A stretch of 64,000 bases of DNA from Bacteroidota bacterium (GCA_039795225.1 JBDKEN010000002.1:1130163-1194162), one strand, 5' to 3'; numbered from the stretch's first letter, positions 28,884 to 40,039 are shown. The notes: generated from the letters alone by a model not told the origin. A program made the numbers and translations.

Positions 28884-29717
28884 ATGGCTTCAACCCAGCA
28901 TTATGCTCTAATTCTCGGTGTTTCCAGTGGATTTGGTCGCGCTGCCGCGCTGGCCATGGCAGAGGAGGGACTCCATATCATTGGTGTGCACCTCGACCGT
29001 GCGGCTGGAATGCAGCAAGTTGAAGAGCTGAAAAATGAGATCACTGCCCGGGGTGTTCGCCATCTGTTCTTCAATGTCAATGCTGCCGATGCAGAACGTC
29101 GCTCGGAGGTAATGGATGCAATCGGTGCCGAACTTGGTGCGCATTCTGGGTCGACCGTTCGGTTGATGCTACACTCTCTGGCATTTGGAACCCTGAAGCC
29201 ATTCATTGCTGAAAACGTCAACGATGCGATCTCGCAGAAAAATCTCGAGATGACGATGGACGTGATGGCAAATTCTCTGATTTATTACGCTCAGGATCTC
29301 GTTCGCAAGGGGCTCATGGCTCCAGGTGGACGTATCGTGGGGCTGACCAGCGCTGGAGCATCACGCGTACTTCCAATGTACGGTGCTGTCTCCGCGGCCA
29401 AGGCCGCCATGGAGGCATACTGTCGTCAACTTGGAATGGAGCTCGCCCCCTTCGGTATCACCGCCAATACCATCCGCGCTGGGGTAACGTCAACAGCAGC
29501 ACTGTCGAAGATTCCTGGCAATGACGTGATTGTAAACAATGCGATGATGCGCAATCCGTACCATCGACTCACTGCACCCGAGGATGTCGCGAATGTGCTC
29601 CGCCTGCTGATCAGTGATCATGCATCCTGGATCAATGGAGAAGTCCTCGGCGTCGATGGAGGAGAAGATGCGGTGGACTTGACGTGGTGGAAGCCAGGCG
29701 GTACAACAACCGCCTGA
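28884..29717 (+). CDS. SDR-family oxidoreductase with Y-x6-K catalytic spacing (enoyl-ACP reductase FabL/FabI-like)
   Basis: GVSSGFGRAAA nucleotide motif. The MYGAVSAAK spacing is Y-x6-K, which is typical of enoyl-ACP reductases rather than classical SDRs. Confidence 0.6.
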   Translation: MASTQHYALILGVSSGFGRAAALAMAEEGLHIIGVHLDRAAGMQQVEELKNEITARGVRHLFFNVNAADAERRSEVMDAIGAELGAHSGSTVRLMLHSLAFGTLKPFIAENVNDAISQKNLEMTMDVMANSLIYYAQDLVRKGLMAPGGRIVGLTSAGASRVLPMYGAVSAAKAAMEAYCRQLGMELAPFGITANTIRAGVTSTAALSKIPGNDVIVNNAMMRNPYHRLTAPEDVANVLRLLISDHASWINGEVLGVDGGEDAVDLTWWKPGGTTTA

Positions 29718-29736
29718 GGTAGTCTGCTCTCCCGTC

Positions 29737-31098
29737 TTAGAGATATTCTAGGACGTCATGCCGTGTAAGAATCCCGCTAATTCTTCCAAACTCGCTTACC
29801 GCGACAAGCGGTGCGTTACGAAGCAGCTGGATTGCTGTCTGCACATCATTGTGAATGTCAACTTCCGGACACGCCGGCTCCATGATTGATGTCACAGACG
29901 ATGCAAGAACATCGCGATCGTTGATGACGGCCGACATGAGTCTGGCCTCTCTGATCATACCCTGAAGCTGCTCGTCGTGAACGACGGGCACATCACTGAC
30001 TTCGTAGGAGCTCATTAATGCGAGCGCTTCGGAGATCGTTGCCGATGGTGGAACCGAGATGACTGAAGGAAGTGAACCACGAGAGCGCTTCGATTCGATT
30101 ACGTCACGAACAGTGATGCGCTCACGATCAAGGAGGTTCTTTTCCTGAAGCCACTCGTCTGAGTGGTGTTTTGTGAGGTAGCGTTCGCCGGTGTCACAAA
30201 TAATGACAACGACGACAGCATTCTCATCAAGCGTTGCGGCAATCCGTAAGGCTGCGGCAACGTTCATTCCCGACGAGCCGCCACAGAGGATACCCTCTTG
30301 ACGTGCCAGCTGGCGCGCCATCGCAAAGGCCTCTTTGTCATTAATGTTGATAATCTCATCAACCAGGTTCAGATCGAGATTGTCAGGCACGTGGTCCTGA
30401 CCAACACCCTCAATGAGATAGGGAAGGGATTCGATGAGGCGACCGGTATCCTTGAAGACCTTCAGGGATGAGCCCACAGGATCGCCCGCAATGATCTTGA
30501 TATTCGGATTCATGCGCTTGAGGTAGCGCGCGGTGCCGCTGATCGTACCACCAGTTCCCATACCGGCCACAAAGTGGGTGATTTTCCCATCGGTGTCTTC
30601 CCAAATCTCGGGACCTGTCGTCCGCTCGTGCACAGCAGCGTTCGCCGGGTTATCATACTGGTTGAGAATTACTGCACCGGGGATCTCACCTGCTAACCGC
30701 TGCGCGGTATTGACGTAATACTCCGGTGAGCTTGGCTTGGCAGCACTCGGCATGATCAATACCTCGCCGCCGAGAGCCTTGATGTATCGGACGCGCTCGA
30801 CGGAGGCCTTGTCCGTGGTAACGAGCAGGCATGGGTAGCCCTTCAGTCTGGCAGCAATGGTCAGACCGATGCCGGTGTTGCCGCTCGTTGGTTCGATGAT
30901 AAGTGACCCGGGTTTGAGCCGACCACTTTTCTCAGCATCCTCGATAAGGGCAATACCGATGCGATCCTTGATCGAGCCACCCGGATTGCGGGATTCGAGT
31001 TTAAGAAGCACTGTGGCTTTGATATCCCTTGCAAGCGCGTTCAGCCGCACAAGGGGCGTGCGACCAATGAGATCGAGAACCGTTGAGTTGACGTTCAT
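29737..31098 (-). CDS. Cystathionine beta-synthase-like PLP enzyme (CysK fold + tandem CBS domains)
   Basis: PLP lysine motif NPGGSIKDRIG, GTGGTISG, and a C-terminal CBS pair of about 130 aa. Confidence 0.85.
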   Translation of the reverse strand: MNVNSTVLDLIGRTPLVRLNALARDIKATVLLKLESRNPGGSIKDRIGIALIEDAEKSGRLKPGSLIIEPTSGNTGIGLTIAARLKGYPCLLVTTDKASVERVRYIKALGGEVLIMPSAAKPSSPEYYVNTAQRLAGEIPGAVILNQYDNPANAAVHERTTGPEIWEDTDGKITHFVAGMGTGGTISGTARYLKRMNPNIKIIAGDPVGSSLKVFKDTGRLIESLPYLIEGVGQDHVPDNLDLNLVDEIININDKEAFAMARQLARQEGILCGGSSGMNVAAALRIAATLDENAVVVVIICDTGERYLTKHHSDEWLQEKNLLDRERITVRDVIESKRSRGSLPSVISVPPSATISEALALMSSYEVSDVPVVHDEQLQGMIREARLMSAVINDRDVLASSVTSIMEPACPEVDIHNDVQTAIQLLRNAPLVAVSEFGRISGILTRHDVLEYL

Positions 31099-32855
31099 GA
31101 GAGTTGCTGTTCGAGTTGTTGTCGTTCGTACATGTCAAAATACAGACCCCGTTGCTGAAGTAGGCTCGCATGCGAACCCTGCTCAACGATTTTTCCATGG
31201 TCAAGCACGATGATCTGTGAGCATCTCTGTACTGTTGAGATGCGATGAGAAATCAAGATCGTGGTTCGCCCCTTCATGATCTCATCCAGTCCCTGAAGGA
31301 TGCGATCTTCGGTTGCTGCATCGACTGCCGAGAGCGCATCGTCAAGGATGAGGATGCGCGGATCACTCACGATCGCTCGTGCAAGTGAGGTTCGCTGCTT
31401 CTGTCCGCCAGATAGTGTAACGCCACGTTCTCCGACGATGGTGTCGAAACCAGCCGGTAGCGTCGAAATATCAGTAGGCAGCTGTGCGATGTTTGCAGCG
31501 TTCTCCACCTCAGCGTCAGATGCCGTCGGACGACCAAAACGGATGTTCTCTCGAATGGAGTCGGAGAAGAGGAACGACTCCTGAGGCACCACCGCAATCT
31601 GCGACCGGAGGTCGCTCAAGGAGACATCTCGAATGTCTGTTCCATCAATGCATATGCACCCTGATGTGACATCATACAAGCGCGGCAGGAGGTTGATGAT
31701 TGAGGACTTGCCGCTTCCAACGGAGCCAACAATGCCAAGACTCTGTCCAGGTTCAATCGTAAATGAGATGTCTTCAAGAACCGGAGTGCGACCATCGTAC
31801 GCCAACGCAACGTGCTGAAACGTAATCTTGCCTTGGACGTCGTCAAGTGATTTTGTGCCAGAAGTGATTGTTGGCTCTGAATCAATGATGGCTCCCAAGC
31901 GCCCGATTGACGCGGCTCCGCGTTGAATCATGCCAGTAACCCAACCGATTGCGGCAATTGGCCATAGCAGCTGATTGAGATAAATGAAGAACTGCGTGAG
32001 CTCGCCCACAGTCAGAGCATTGTTCGCAACAAGGACACCGCCAAATCCAATCACAATGACGTAACTCAGATTGAAAAGGACGGTCATACTCGGCATCATC
32101 AGCGCCTGTATTCGCGCCAGTGTCATGTTCTTTCGGTAGTACTGACGGCTTAGCTCATCGAAGCGCTCTGCCTCATCGGTTCCCCGTGCGTAGGCACGCA
32201 CAACGCGGATACCTGAGGCTGTCTCTTGTGCATGTGTGGTGATGTGCTCGTAATGCTCCTGAACGACACGATAGTTGGCGTGAATCTTTCGACCCAAGCG
32301 GTAGGTTATCGTCGCAACAAGTGGCACGGGTATCAGGATTGCCGCCGAAAGCCAACCATTGAGGTTGACCATCCATGAGAGGGCAAACGCGAAGGTTGTG
32401 ATCGTATTGGCCGTGTACATAATTGCAGGGCCAATGAATTCTCGCACCGAGCCAATGTCGTTGGAGAAGTGTGCAAGTAGCGATCCAGTCGAGCGGTCGT
32501 GATAGAATCGCGCAGACTGCGTTCGAAGTGCCCTGGTGAAGTCGTTTCGGATGTCTTCTTCCACGAGTCGCGACATAACGATAATGGTACGTCGTGTGCA
32601 GAACATAAAGAAGCCGCTGCCGATTGTAAGCGCCAGGATCTGCGCGATCAACCAGGGTATTTCAACACTTGTTGAGCCTTGCGTCTTTAACGTGTCGATC
32701 GTGGTGCCGACCACGTATGGTACAGTGGTCGAACACACATTCGACAACGTCACAAACACAAGCCCAAGAAGTGTTCGGGCGCGATAGCGTTTGACGTATG
32801 GTAGGAGGCGACGCAGCTCACGGAGTGCACCACCAGTTGCGCGCGCAGTAGACAT
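31095..32855 (-). CDS. ABC exporter, fused permease/ATPase (MsbA/MdlB type)
   Basis: Six-TM N-terminal half, Walker A GSVGSGKSS, signature LSGGQKQR, Walker B ILILDDALSAVD. Confidence 0.88.
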   Translation of the reverse strand: MSTARATGGALRELRRLLPYVKRYRARTLLGLVFVTLSNVCSTTVPYVVGTTIDTLKTQGSTSVEIPWLIAQILALTIGSGFFMFCTRRTIIVMSRLVEEDIRNDFTRALRTQSARFYHDRSTGSLLAHFSNDIGSVREFIGPAIMYTANTITTFAFALSWMVNLNGWLSAAILIPVPLVATITYRLGRKIHANYRVVQEHYEHITTHAQETASGIRVVRAYARGTDEAERFDELSRQYYRKNMTLARIQALMMPSMTVLFNLSYVIVIGFGGVLVANNALTVGELTQFFIYLNQLLWPIAAIGWVTGMIQRGAASIGRLGAIIDSEPTITSGTKSLDDVQGKITFQHVALAYDGRTPVLEDISFTIEPGQSLGIVGSVGSGKSSIINLLPRLYDVTSGCICIDGTDIRDVSLSDLRSQIAVVPQESFLFSDSIRENIRFGRPTASDAEVENAANIAQLPTDISTLPAGFDTIVGERGVTLSGGQKQRTSLARAIVSDPRILILDDALSAVDAATEDRILQGLDEIMKGRTTILISHRISTVQRCSQIIVLDHGKIVEQGSHASLLQQRGLYFDMYERQQLEQQLS

Positions 32856-33919
32856 CAGGCGATTGTCACATCCTGACAGAGGTACACGTCTTGAATAGCA
32901 TGCAGGAGTTCGACGCCCTCGTTCATCGGACGTTGGAAGGCTTTTCGTCCGGAGATTAGGCCCATGCCGCCAGCGCGCTTGTTGATGACTGCCGTACTAA
33001 TGGCTTCAGACATATCATTATCACCCGATGCCCCGCCAGAGTTGATCAACCCAATGCGACCCATGTAGCAATTCGCCACTTGGTAGCGACAAAGGTCGAT
33101 TGGATGATCACTTGAGAGTTCGGTGTACATCCGCTTGTCGAGTTTGCCGTAACTGGACCCGCCCATGTTGAGTGCTTGGAATCCGCCATTATTTTCAGGT
33201 AGCTTCTGCTTGATAATGTCAGCGCCGATCGTAACACCAAGGTGATTTGCCTGACCGGTGAGGTCAGCTGAGAGGTGATAGTCGTTGTCGGCCTTGAACG
33301 CTGGATTTCTCAGGTAACACCACAAAATTGTTGCCATACCAAGTTCGTGTGCTAATGCGAACGCCTGTGAAATCTCCACGATTTGTCGTGCACTCTCCGG
33401 TGAACCGAAGTAGATCGTTGCACCTATTGCGGCCGCTCCCATGTCATGCGCTTGTCGCACGGTTCCAAACATGATTTGGTCAAACTTGTTTGGATAGGTG
33501 AGCAGCTCGTTGTGGTTGATCTTCACAACGAAGGGGATGTGGTGGGCATAGTGGCGGGCTACATTGCCGAGGACGCCAAACGTCGACGCAACAGCATTAC
33601 AACCACCCTCAATCGCCAATTCAACAATTCGCGCAGGGTCGAAGTAGATGGGGTTCTTTGCGAATGAAGCTCCAGCGCTGTGCTCAATACCTTGGTCAAC
33701 CGGCAAGATTGAAACGTAGCCAGTGTCAGCTAGTCTTCCTGTCGAATGGATTCGCTGCAGATTCGCCAAAACACGATTGTTGCGATCCGACCCACCGAAA
33801 ATGTCCGAAACGGATGATGGCGATGGGCTATAGATCGAATCCTTGGGGATCGAGGTGCAGGTATGTTCGAGAAGGTACGGGGCTTGGTCGCCAAGCTGGT
33901 GAACAATGTGGTCTATCAT
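32855..33919 (-). CDS. fbaB: Class I fructose-bisphosphate aldolase (DhnA/FbaB type)
   Basis: Near-collinear with E. coli FbaB: [56 protein letters not shown]. Confidence 0.92.
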   Translation of the reverse strand: MIDHIVHQLGDQAPYLLEHTCTSIPKDSIYSPSPSSVSDIFGGSDRNNRVLANLQRIHSTGRLADTGYVSILPVDQGIEHSAGASFAKNPIYFDPARIVELAIEGGCNAVASTFGVLGNVARHYAHHIPFVVKINHNELLTYPNKFDQIMFGTVRQAHDMGAAAIGATIYFGSPESARQIVEISQAFALAHELGMATILWCYLRNPAFKADNDYHLSADLTGQANHLGVTIGADIIKQKLPENNGGFQALNMGGSSYGKLDKRMYTELSSDHPIDLCRYQVANCYMGRIGLINSGGASGDNDMSEAISTAVINKRAGGMGLISGRKAFQRPMNEGVELLHAIQDVYLCQDVTIA

Positions 33920-33947
33920 AGCTACCTCGGGTGGATTTAAATGCGTG

Positions 33948-33997
33948 CAAATCTACAAAAACGAAGCGGGCGGCTTCTCGCTGGAGAAACCGCCCGC
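33948..33997 (-). terminator. Intrinsic terminator downstream of the 34022-38743 giant gene
   Basis: On the minus strand: GCGGGCGG-tTTCTC-CAGC-GAGAAg-CCGCCCGC followed by TTCGTTTTTGT. The stem is 8+5 bp with a tetraloop. Confidence 0.8.
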
Positions 33998-34021
33998 GGG
34001 CATTACGGTGCTGTAATGGTG

Positions 34022-37000
34022 TTATCGGACGACGTTGAACGACGTCGAATTTACGTATGGCCCACTGACCATCCGGACGAAGTACAAGCCATTCGGTAGG
34101 GAACTGACATCCGCCTCGAGAACGTACGATCCAGAAGGCACCACTGGACTCTTGACTTCCATGACAACAGTGCCAAGTGAGTTGACAATCTGAAACTCAG
34201 TAGAAAGCGTCAGACCAGTGGAGTATGGGATTGTAACATTATCGCGGACAGGGTTCTCAATCGGTCTGGCAAGGCCAGGAAGGTTTGATCCGAACTCAAC
34301 AAGGCGTCCCTGCGTGAAACACACCTGTTCCATCCGGACACCATCTTGGTCACCCTTAGTAACCAAGCATGTTAGAGGAGTCGTTACCGTTAGGCCAACA
34401 GGCAGTGTCGAGTCTGCGTTCAGATAGACGTCAAACGCAGCAGTGACGAAGGTTCCCTGAGCCAGGGGTGCGCCGGCTGATGTTCCGACAATGTCAAGAC
34501 GTCCCGGGGTAGGAGTTGGAACAAACGCCCAGCCAGCCATTGGTGTTCCGGTGAGCCCCTTGAACTTCATCGCAGTAACGTCGTGCGTCAGCGATAGTGT
34601 GAAGCGTGTTGGGCTTGCACCGGCAAACTCCGATGCAACATAGGATACCTCAATTGGCAGAACGGTAGGCTGTCCGACCTTCGCGACCGGAATCTGACCA
34701 AACGTGAAGTTCACTGGGGTCGTGATACCTTCACCAGTGACTGTTTGGGTCAGCTTGAGGTTCTGATCGTTATCGATAACATAGACAACGGTGTCTCTAC
34801 CAACCGCGCTTGGTTGATAGGTCACCGTAATCGTCTTTGTTTGGTTTGGCGCAACGGTGAATGACGTTTGCTGGTCGATTGAGAAAACGGCTACATCACC
34901 CGAACTCCGTGGAGCCTGACAGTTTAGCGGGAACTGAGCACTTGGGTTGCTGATGTCAAACGTCAGCGTCCTGGAGGCGCAGATGAGCGTCTTCGGGAAT
35001 TCAACCGGCGGCAGAGTGGAGATATCGCGTCCCTCGCCATTGATCTCCACAAATGTTTCTGCATACGGTGGAACTGGGCCTGGACCTGTTTTCGCATCAT
35101 GAACAATTCGAACACGCACGCTATTCGGGCCAACAACTTGTGGAGTGAAGGATACCGGCAGTTCTAATGGGGCTCCACCTGGTTGCAGCGTGATTGGGAA
35201 TGTTGGAAGCGAACCGGACCATGCAAATGATGCCGTTGGTGTTTCGAACTCTACGCGATCGATAACAAGGGGGCTCTCTGCGTCAGCGTTCGTGATCGTA
35301 ACCTTGCCAGGCTCAGGAGATGTCGTTGCTACCGTCCAGCGATTAAATGTATATCCAGTTGCCGTCACCGCTGGAAGGAATCCAAAGCCCTTAGCCTGAC
35401 CCGTAAGAGGTGCACTTTCCTTACCCTTGATAACGACAACAATCGCTGCCGAGTGCGCTCCACGTGTTTGTGGGGTGTAGACAACTGGAACGCTGACAAC
35501 TTCGCCCGGGGCAAGCTTCTTTGGAGCTGGAAGGGTAAAGGCAAAGTTCGGGTTCGTCGGATCGCCCAACGTAATCGAGGCAATCTCGGCTTCCTCAGTG
35601 TTCAAGTTCGAGATGCTGATCGTATCTCGCACTGGAGTCAACTGACGAACACGACCAAAGTCCACGCTGTCGATGATCACTCGTGGTTCGACGATTTCGA
35701 CCTTAACTGTTGACTGAACATCGGCACACAGTGCTGGTGGCAGACCATAGGCGAGCTTCACGGTTTTCACGCCAGCAGTCGCAGCGAGGACATCAATGTC
35801 GACATCCAGGCATGCGTTTGGATTTAGCGTAAACGCACCCGTAGAGCGAACAACAATGTCTGGGTCAGGCGTGACAACACTGAGATTACCTGATACCGGC
35901 AGTGGGCCAACGTTCTTCAGCATGCACGTGATCTTCATCTGACGTGGCTGGCTTAGTGGAACTTTGCCCTGATCTGCGAGCGTATTCGTTTCAACCAAGC
36001 ACGGAGCCGTTCCCACGCCTTCTAGGCTCAGCTGGACTGGCGAACCGCACGAACCGATGACTTCAAGCAGTGCGGTGCGGGTTCCCGGACGCGATGGAGT
36101 AAACACTAACTCGACATTCAATGATTTGCCGGCTGGGACAATCTGACCGTTGATAGTTCCCACCAGACGGAAGTCGCCTGCATTTCCACCGGCAATCACA
36201 ACATTCTTTACGGTGATATCAAAGTTACCAGTATTGTAAAGCTGTGCAGTCTTGGTATCGCTTTGACCTTGTGGCACAGACGCAAACGTGACCTTGTTTG
36301 GACGGAACTCAAGCTGAGGAGCCTTCACGGCAAACACCGCATCTGAAACATCACTCGAAGCTGGAGCAGATCCAACCTTGGAGACAAACACATCTTTTGA
36401 GCCAGGACCCGAAAGGTTCGGGAGCGTAATATTCGGCGGCGAAAAATTCTTTGGTCCGATGTAGTCATCGGTTTCGTACGTAAAGTTTAGTCGGTCCGTT
36501 GCGGTCTTTTTCTGATAGATCAGCCCCGTACCAGTAGTTGGCTTTGAACCTGCAAAAAAGCGCGGGTATCCCTGCGTATCGTACAGGACATAGAATGGTC
36601 GATCCTGCGTGTTCGGGAACGCCGTTGATCGCTCAATAGCGCCTGAGCGATTGAGACCCACCTCCACATACTTCTGAAAATTGCCGGCGACAATCACTTC
36701 CACATTGCCGGCAGCATCGTAGCGAAGACCAATATCAGTGAGTGTGGCATAACTGCTCTGCGTGTTCGAGCCTTTCGAACCAACCTGCCAATCAAGGCGG
36801 CCTGTTGAGTCGTACTTGAGCAGGAAGTAATTCCGCGTGTCGAGAGGTCCACGCGACAGCGAGAAACTACCGAACGTTGCTGCAGGGCTGGAGTAGTATC
36901 CCGCTACGTAGTAGTTGCCCTTGTTGTCGACTACGCAGCCGATGACCTTTTCTTCATTTGAGGCTGTTCCTGTCAGCAGCATCACCTTCGAGGGGTCGAT

Positions 37001-38743
37001 GATCTTACCATCTGCATCGAGCTCGACGAAGTATCCGTCGATGTTTCCGGGAGCACCCGTCTGGGTTGTCTTCCCAAACTGCGTATTCCCTTCAAAGGTG
37101 CCTGTTGCAAAAACCTTAAACCCACTTGGAATTACGGCAATGGACGTCGATATCTCGTTACCAAAGCCTCCGAGTTGAGTTGCCCATGCGTAGCCACGGA
37201 CCGGGGACACACTCACACGGACCTTGTAATTCGTGCCGGAGCGAGGAGCTACCCACTTATAGACGAGTCCGGTCGCAGTCGGGTTGATCGACTTCCACGT
37301 ATTGCCTCCATCCTCCGAGTACTCGAGGTTCACAGGCACTTCCGGGAGTACGCCGGCCCATTTGATCAAGACTGTATCGCAGGTTGAATACAATTCACCG
37401 CCAACCGGGGACTGCAGAAGCACGACTCCCGTTCCACCCACAAGGGTGATCTTCGGTGGACACGGGAACCCGTTAAACGCGAGCTCTGCCTGCCGGAAGG
37501 ACTGCGTTGCTCCCTGGGTAAACTGAACACGTATGATACGCTGTCCGCCAGGGGGCAGATTAAACGGAACAAAATTGGTTTGGTTTAACGGGAAATTCCA
37601 GTCAATCACCCGGAAATAGGTTGATGGTGCAATCGACTGACCAGTCGCGGCAAAGGTGGCTCCGCGGGCAGTCAGTGTGCAGAGTGCGAAAAACGACTGG
37701 TTTGGCGCTGGGTCCCCGCAAAACAACACCGGTGAGCTGATCTCGACTCCCGCCACACTCGCAGGTGGGGTTACGATGGCGATGTTCGATGTTGGATTGT
37801 TACCGCGAAGCATCGTGATTCCCGCCGTGCGGCTGCGACCTTGTTCAGTGCAGGTGCTCGGTGAGATCCAGCTGATCTGACAGACGCGGCGTACCTGCGT
37901 TTCGAGGGCGAGGAATGACAGAATGTCGACGAGACGATCTTCAGTTGTGACGATCGACTTGCCCCCTGTACCTTTCGCCATGGCATCCAGCGTCCAGTGT
38001 GTGGTTGGCTCAAGGATCGTGATGCTGTAAAACCGAATACCCTGAGCTGAGAGCTTCTGGATGTTGTCATTGACAAACTTCGACTCACTCTTCGTGATCG
38101 AAACATCTGCGATACCAGGGTTCGGGTGGCCATCCGTCAGGAAGAATACGTACTTCGGCAGGTTTGCCGGACGCTTCTTGAAGAGGTCGTAAATGTTTTT
38201 CGCAGGATCCTCAAATGGCAGGACGTAGTTCGTGTTCGTGAGCACCTTCATCAGTCGAAGGGAGTCAATGATTGGCTTCGCAGCATCTGCCCATTCGACA
38301 GTTGTCTCAACGGTGCCGGAGAATGTCACGAGCGAAACGCGTGTTTCTCCCACGAACTTGACCTGGTTGACGAACGTCCGAATCGCGTCTTTAGCGTACT
38401 CGAATCGCTTCCGCCCATTAACGTCTTCGTCCATGGAACGGGATCGATCAAGGATGATCACAATGCTGACCTCTGGGTCTGAAGCTTGCTCTTTACAGTC
38501 GTGCGTGACCGAAGCGGTCACGTCGACTGGCGCTCCACCTTGCGGTGTCTCGGTTACCCGAAAGTCACTCGCTTTGAGGTCGGTAATGGGCTTGCCCGTT
38601 GCGTCAAACGCAACGTAGTCAACCGTAATCTTGGGAAAGGACAGCGTGTTGACGCCGTATACGTTGAGTGACTGTGCCATCGAGGCCGTAGCCCACCAAA
38701 AAAGGGCGACAGCAAATACCAAGGTCATGCGAAAGTGTTGCAT
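34022..38743 (-). CDS. Giant secreted surface protein: N-terminal vWA domain, SBBP-like beta-propeller repeats, many Ig-like (choice-of-anchor-D/ASH-type) repeats, T9SS C-terminal sorting domain
   Basis: Signal MQHFRMTLVFAVALFWWATASMAQ. Perfect MIDAS motif DRSRS. Propeller-like segments (GNYYVAGYYSS..., YFLLKYDSTGRLDW). Repeated ~100-aa modules (VDFGRV...ISISN...F..P...L.PGE...V.V.Y.P). C-terminus PNGLYFVRMVSGPYVNSTSFNVVR is typical of a T9SS CTD. Confidence 0.85.
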   Translation of the reverse strand: MQHFRMTLVFAVALFWWATASMAQSLNVYGVNTLSFPKITVDYVAFDATGKPITDLKASDFRVTETPQGGAPVDVTASVTHDCKEQASDPEVSIVIILDRSRSMDEDVNGRKRFEYAKDAIRTFVNQVKFVGETRVSLVTFSGTVETTVEWADAAKPIIDSLRLMKVLTNTNYVLPFEDPAKNIYDLFKKRPANLPKYVFFLTDGHPNPGIADVSITKSESKFVNDNIQKLSAQGIRFYSITILEPTTHWTLDAMAKGTGGKSIVTTEDRLVDILSFLALETQVRRVCQISWISPSTCTEQGRSRTAGITMLRGNNPTSNIAIVTPPASVAGVEISSPVLFCGDPAPNQSFFALCTLTARGATFAATGQSIAPSTYFRVIDWNFPLNQTNFVPFNLPPGGQRIIRVQFTQGATQSFRQAELAFNGFPCPPKITLVGGTGVVLLQSPVGGELYSTCDTVLIKWAGVLPEVPVNLEYSEDGGNTWKSINPTATGLVYKWVAPRSGTNYKVRVSVSPVRGYAWATQLGGFGNEISTSIAVIPSGFKVFATGTFEGNTQFGKTTQTGAPGNIDGYFVELDADGKIIDPSKVMLLTGTASNEEKVIGCVVDNKGNYYVAGYYSSPAATFGSFSLSRGPLDTRNYFLLKYDSTGRLDWQVGSKGSNTQSSYATLTDIGLRYDAAGNVEVIVAGNFQKYVEVGLNRSGAIERSTAFPNTQDRPFYVLYDTQGYPRFFAGSKPTTGTGLIYQKKTATDRLNFTYETDDYIGPKNFSPPNITLPNLSGPGSKDVFVSKVGSAPASSDVSDAVFAVKAPQLEFRPNKVTFASVPQGQSDTKTAQLYNTGNFDITVKNVVIAGGNAGDFRLVGTINGQIVPAGKSLNVELVFTPSRPGTRTALLEVIGSCGSPVQLSLEGVGTAPCLVETNTLADQGKVPLSQPRQMKITCMLKNVGPLPVSGNLSVVTPDPDIVVRSTGAFTLNPNACLDVDIDVLAATAGVKTVKLAYGLPPALCADVQSTVKVEIVEPRVIIDSVDFGRVRQLTPVRDTISISNLNTEEAEIASITLGDPTNPNFAFTLPAPKKLAPGEVVSVPVVYTPQTRGAHSAAIVVVIKGKESAPLTGQAKGFGFLPAVTATGYTFNRWTVATTSPEPGKVTITNADAESPLVIDRVEFETPTASFAWSGSLPTFPITLQPGGAPLELPVSFTPQVVGPNSVRVRIVHDAKTGPGPVPPYAETFVEINGEGRDISTLPPVEFPKTLICASRTLTFDISNPSAQFPLNCQAPRSSGDVAVFSIDQQTSFTVAPNQTKTITVTYQPSAVGRDTVVYVIDNDQNLKLTQTVTGEGITTPVNFTFGQIPVAKVGQPTVLPIEVSYVASEFAGASPTRFTLSLTHDVTAMKFKGLTGTPMAGWAFVPTPTPGRLDIVGTSAGAPLAQGTFVTAAFDVYLNADSTLPVGLTVTTPLTCLVTKGDQDGVRMEQVCFTQGRLVEFGSNLPGLARPIENPVRDNVTIPYSTGLTLSTEFQIVNSLGTVVMEVKSPVVPSGSYVLEADVSSLPNGLYFVRMVSGPYVNSTSFNVVR

Positions 38744-38842
38744 GATCGAACCTCGAAATTGATCCATTGATCGGATTGATGTCATGTTTTTCTGTAAAAG
38801 CAGTGCAGATTAAGATCGGTTACAAACTGGATTCAGAATCAC

Positions 38843-39874
38843 TCAAACAACTGCCGTTTCGAGGACTCGGAACGTTCGCAACGTTGCATCAAGCTCGGCA
38901 TTCACCCCCAGTGGAAGCGTCAGCTTGCTGCGGACGTGGCCAAACGGGAGTCCGTAGACCACAGGTATACCTAGTGATGCTAGCCGTTCTTCAAAGACTT
39001 GACTAAGGCTAAACGACGGGCCGGTGATAGACGTTCCACGAGCTTCACAGTCGCGGAAACTCCCAAGAGCAATCCCTTTGGCCGTCTGGAGCTTCCCAGC
39101 CAACCAGAGTTGCGTGAGCATTCGATCAACGCGGAAGGGCTCTTCGTTGACTTCTTCAAGGAACAAAATCGAATCCTGCGTGTCGATCTCAAACCGCGTT
39201 CCGAGAGTACTCACAACGAGGGCGAGATTTCCTCCTGTCAGCTTGCCTTGTGCGACGCCATCGCGGATCACCGTCAGGCGGTTGTTGGTGAACGATGCAC
39301 GTGTCGGATTCGAATCTGGCAGCACCGTCTCTTGGAGAGACTGCACCGTGAATGAATCAAACGACGAGGACGCCACCGGACCGTGAAACGTCACAAGGCC
39401 ACTGAGCTGGTGTGCTGCAATCAGCAGTGCAGTGATGTCACTGAATCCCATGATGATCTTGCCAGCTTGTCTGATCGCCGAAAAGTCCAACATTGGGAGG
39501 ATTCGCATGACACCGTATCCACCGCGTGCGCAAACGACGGCATCAACCTCTGGGTCTTCAATGAATCCCATGAACTCGCTCGCGCGATCTTCATCGGGTG
39601 CCGACAAATACCCATTGCGACGGGAGATGTTCTTGCCAAGCTTGACGCGAACACCCCATTCTTTGCAGAGCGCCGCAAATTCTGCGATGTCACTCGTTGA
39701 AGCCGCACTGGCTGGGCAGACGATGCCCACCGTCGACCCAGGGCGAATCCCTTTGGGCAGTACACGGGCAAGGGGCTGCTGACTGCTTTCACGAGCAACG
39801 GCGGGCAGAGAAGTCCCAGCGGCGAGTGCCGCGGTGCCCGTGACCATGGTTGTCATGAAGGAACGTCGTTTCAT
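38843..39874 (-). CDS. LD-carboxypeptidase (peptidase S66, MccF/LdcA-like) with a Tat-type signal
   Basis: MKRRSFMTTMVTGTAALAAG twin-arginine signal, GFSDITAL (nucleophile Ser), and a C-terminal FGH motif (GLPFGHV). Confidence 0.8.
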   Translation of the reverse strand: MKRRSFMTTMVTGTAALAAGTSLPAVARESSQQPLARVLPKGIRPGSTVGIVCPASAASTSDIAEFAALCKEWGVRVKLGKNISRRNGYLSAPDEDRASEFMGFIEDPEVDAVVCARGGYGVMRILPMLDFSAIRQAGKIIMGFSDITALLIAAHQLSGLVTFHGPVASSSFDSFTVQSLQETVLPDSNPTRASFTNNRLTVIRDGVAQGKLTGGNLALVVSTLGTRFEIDTQDSILFLEEVNEEPFRVDRMLTQLWLAGKLQTAKGIALGSFRDCEARGTSITGPSFSLSQVFEERLASLGIPVVYGLPFGHVRSKLTLPLGVNAELDATLRTFRVLETAVV

Positions 39875-40039
39875 AGGCCAAGTTGAGGACAAAAAAGAAC
39901 CACTAATCCAACCGACAAATGTACGAAGAGAATGATGTCAAGGGAACATTGCCGCTGCCGCTGATAGACGTGCCGTATCATGGATCAGGGAGCCCCCTCA
40001 TGACGATCGTCACGACGGAAGTACGTATATTGCGGGTTC

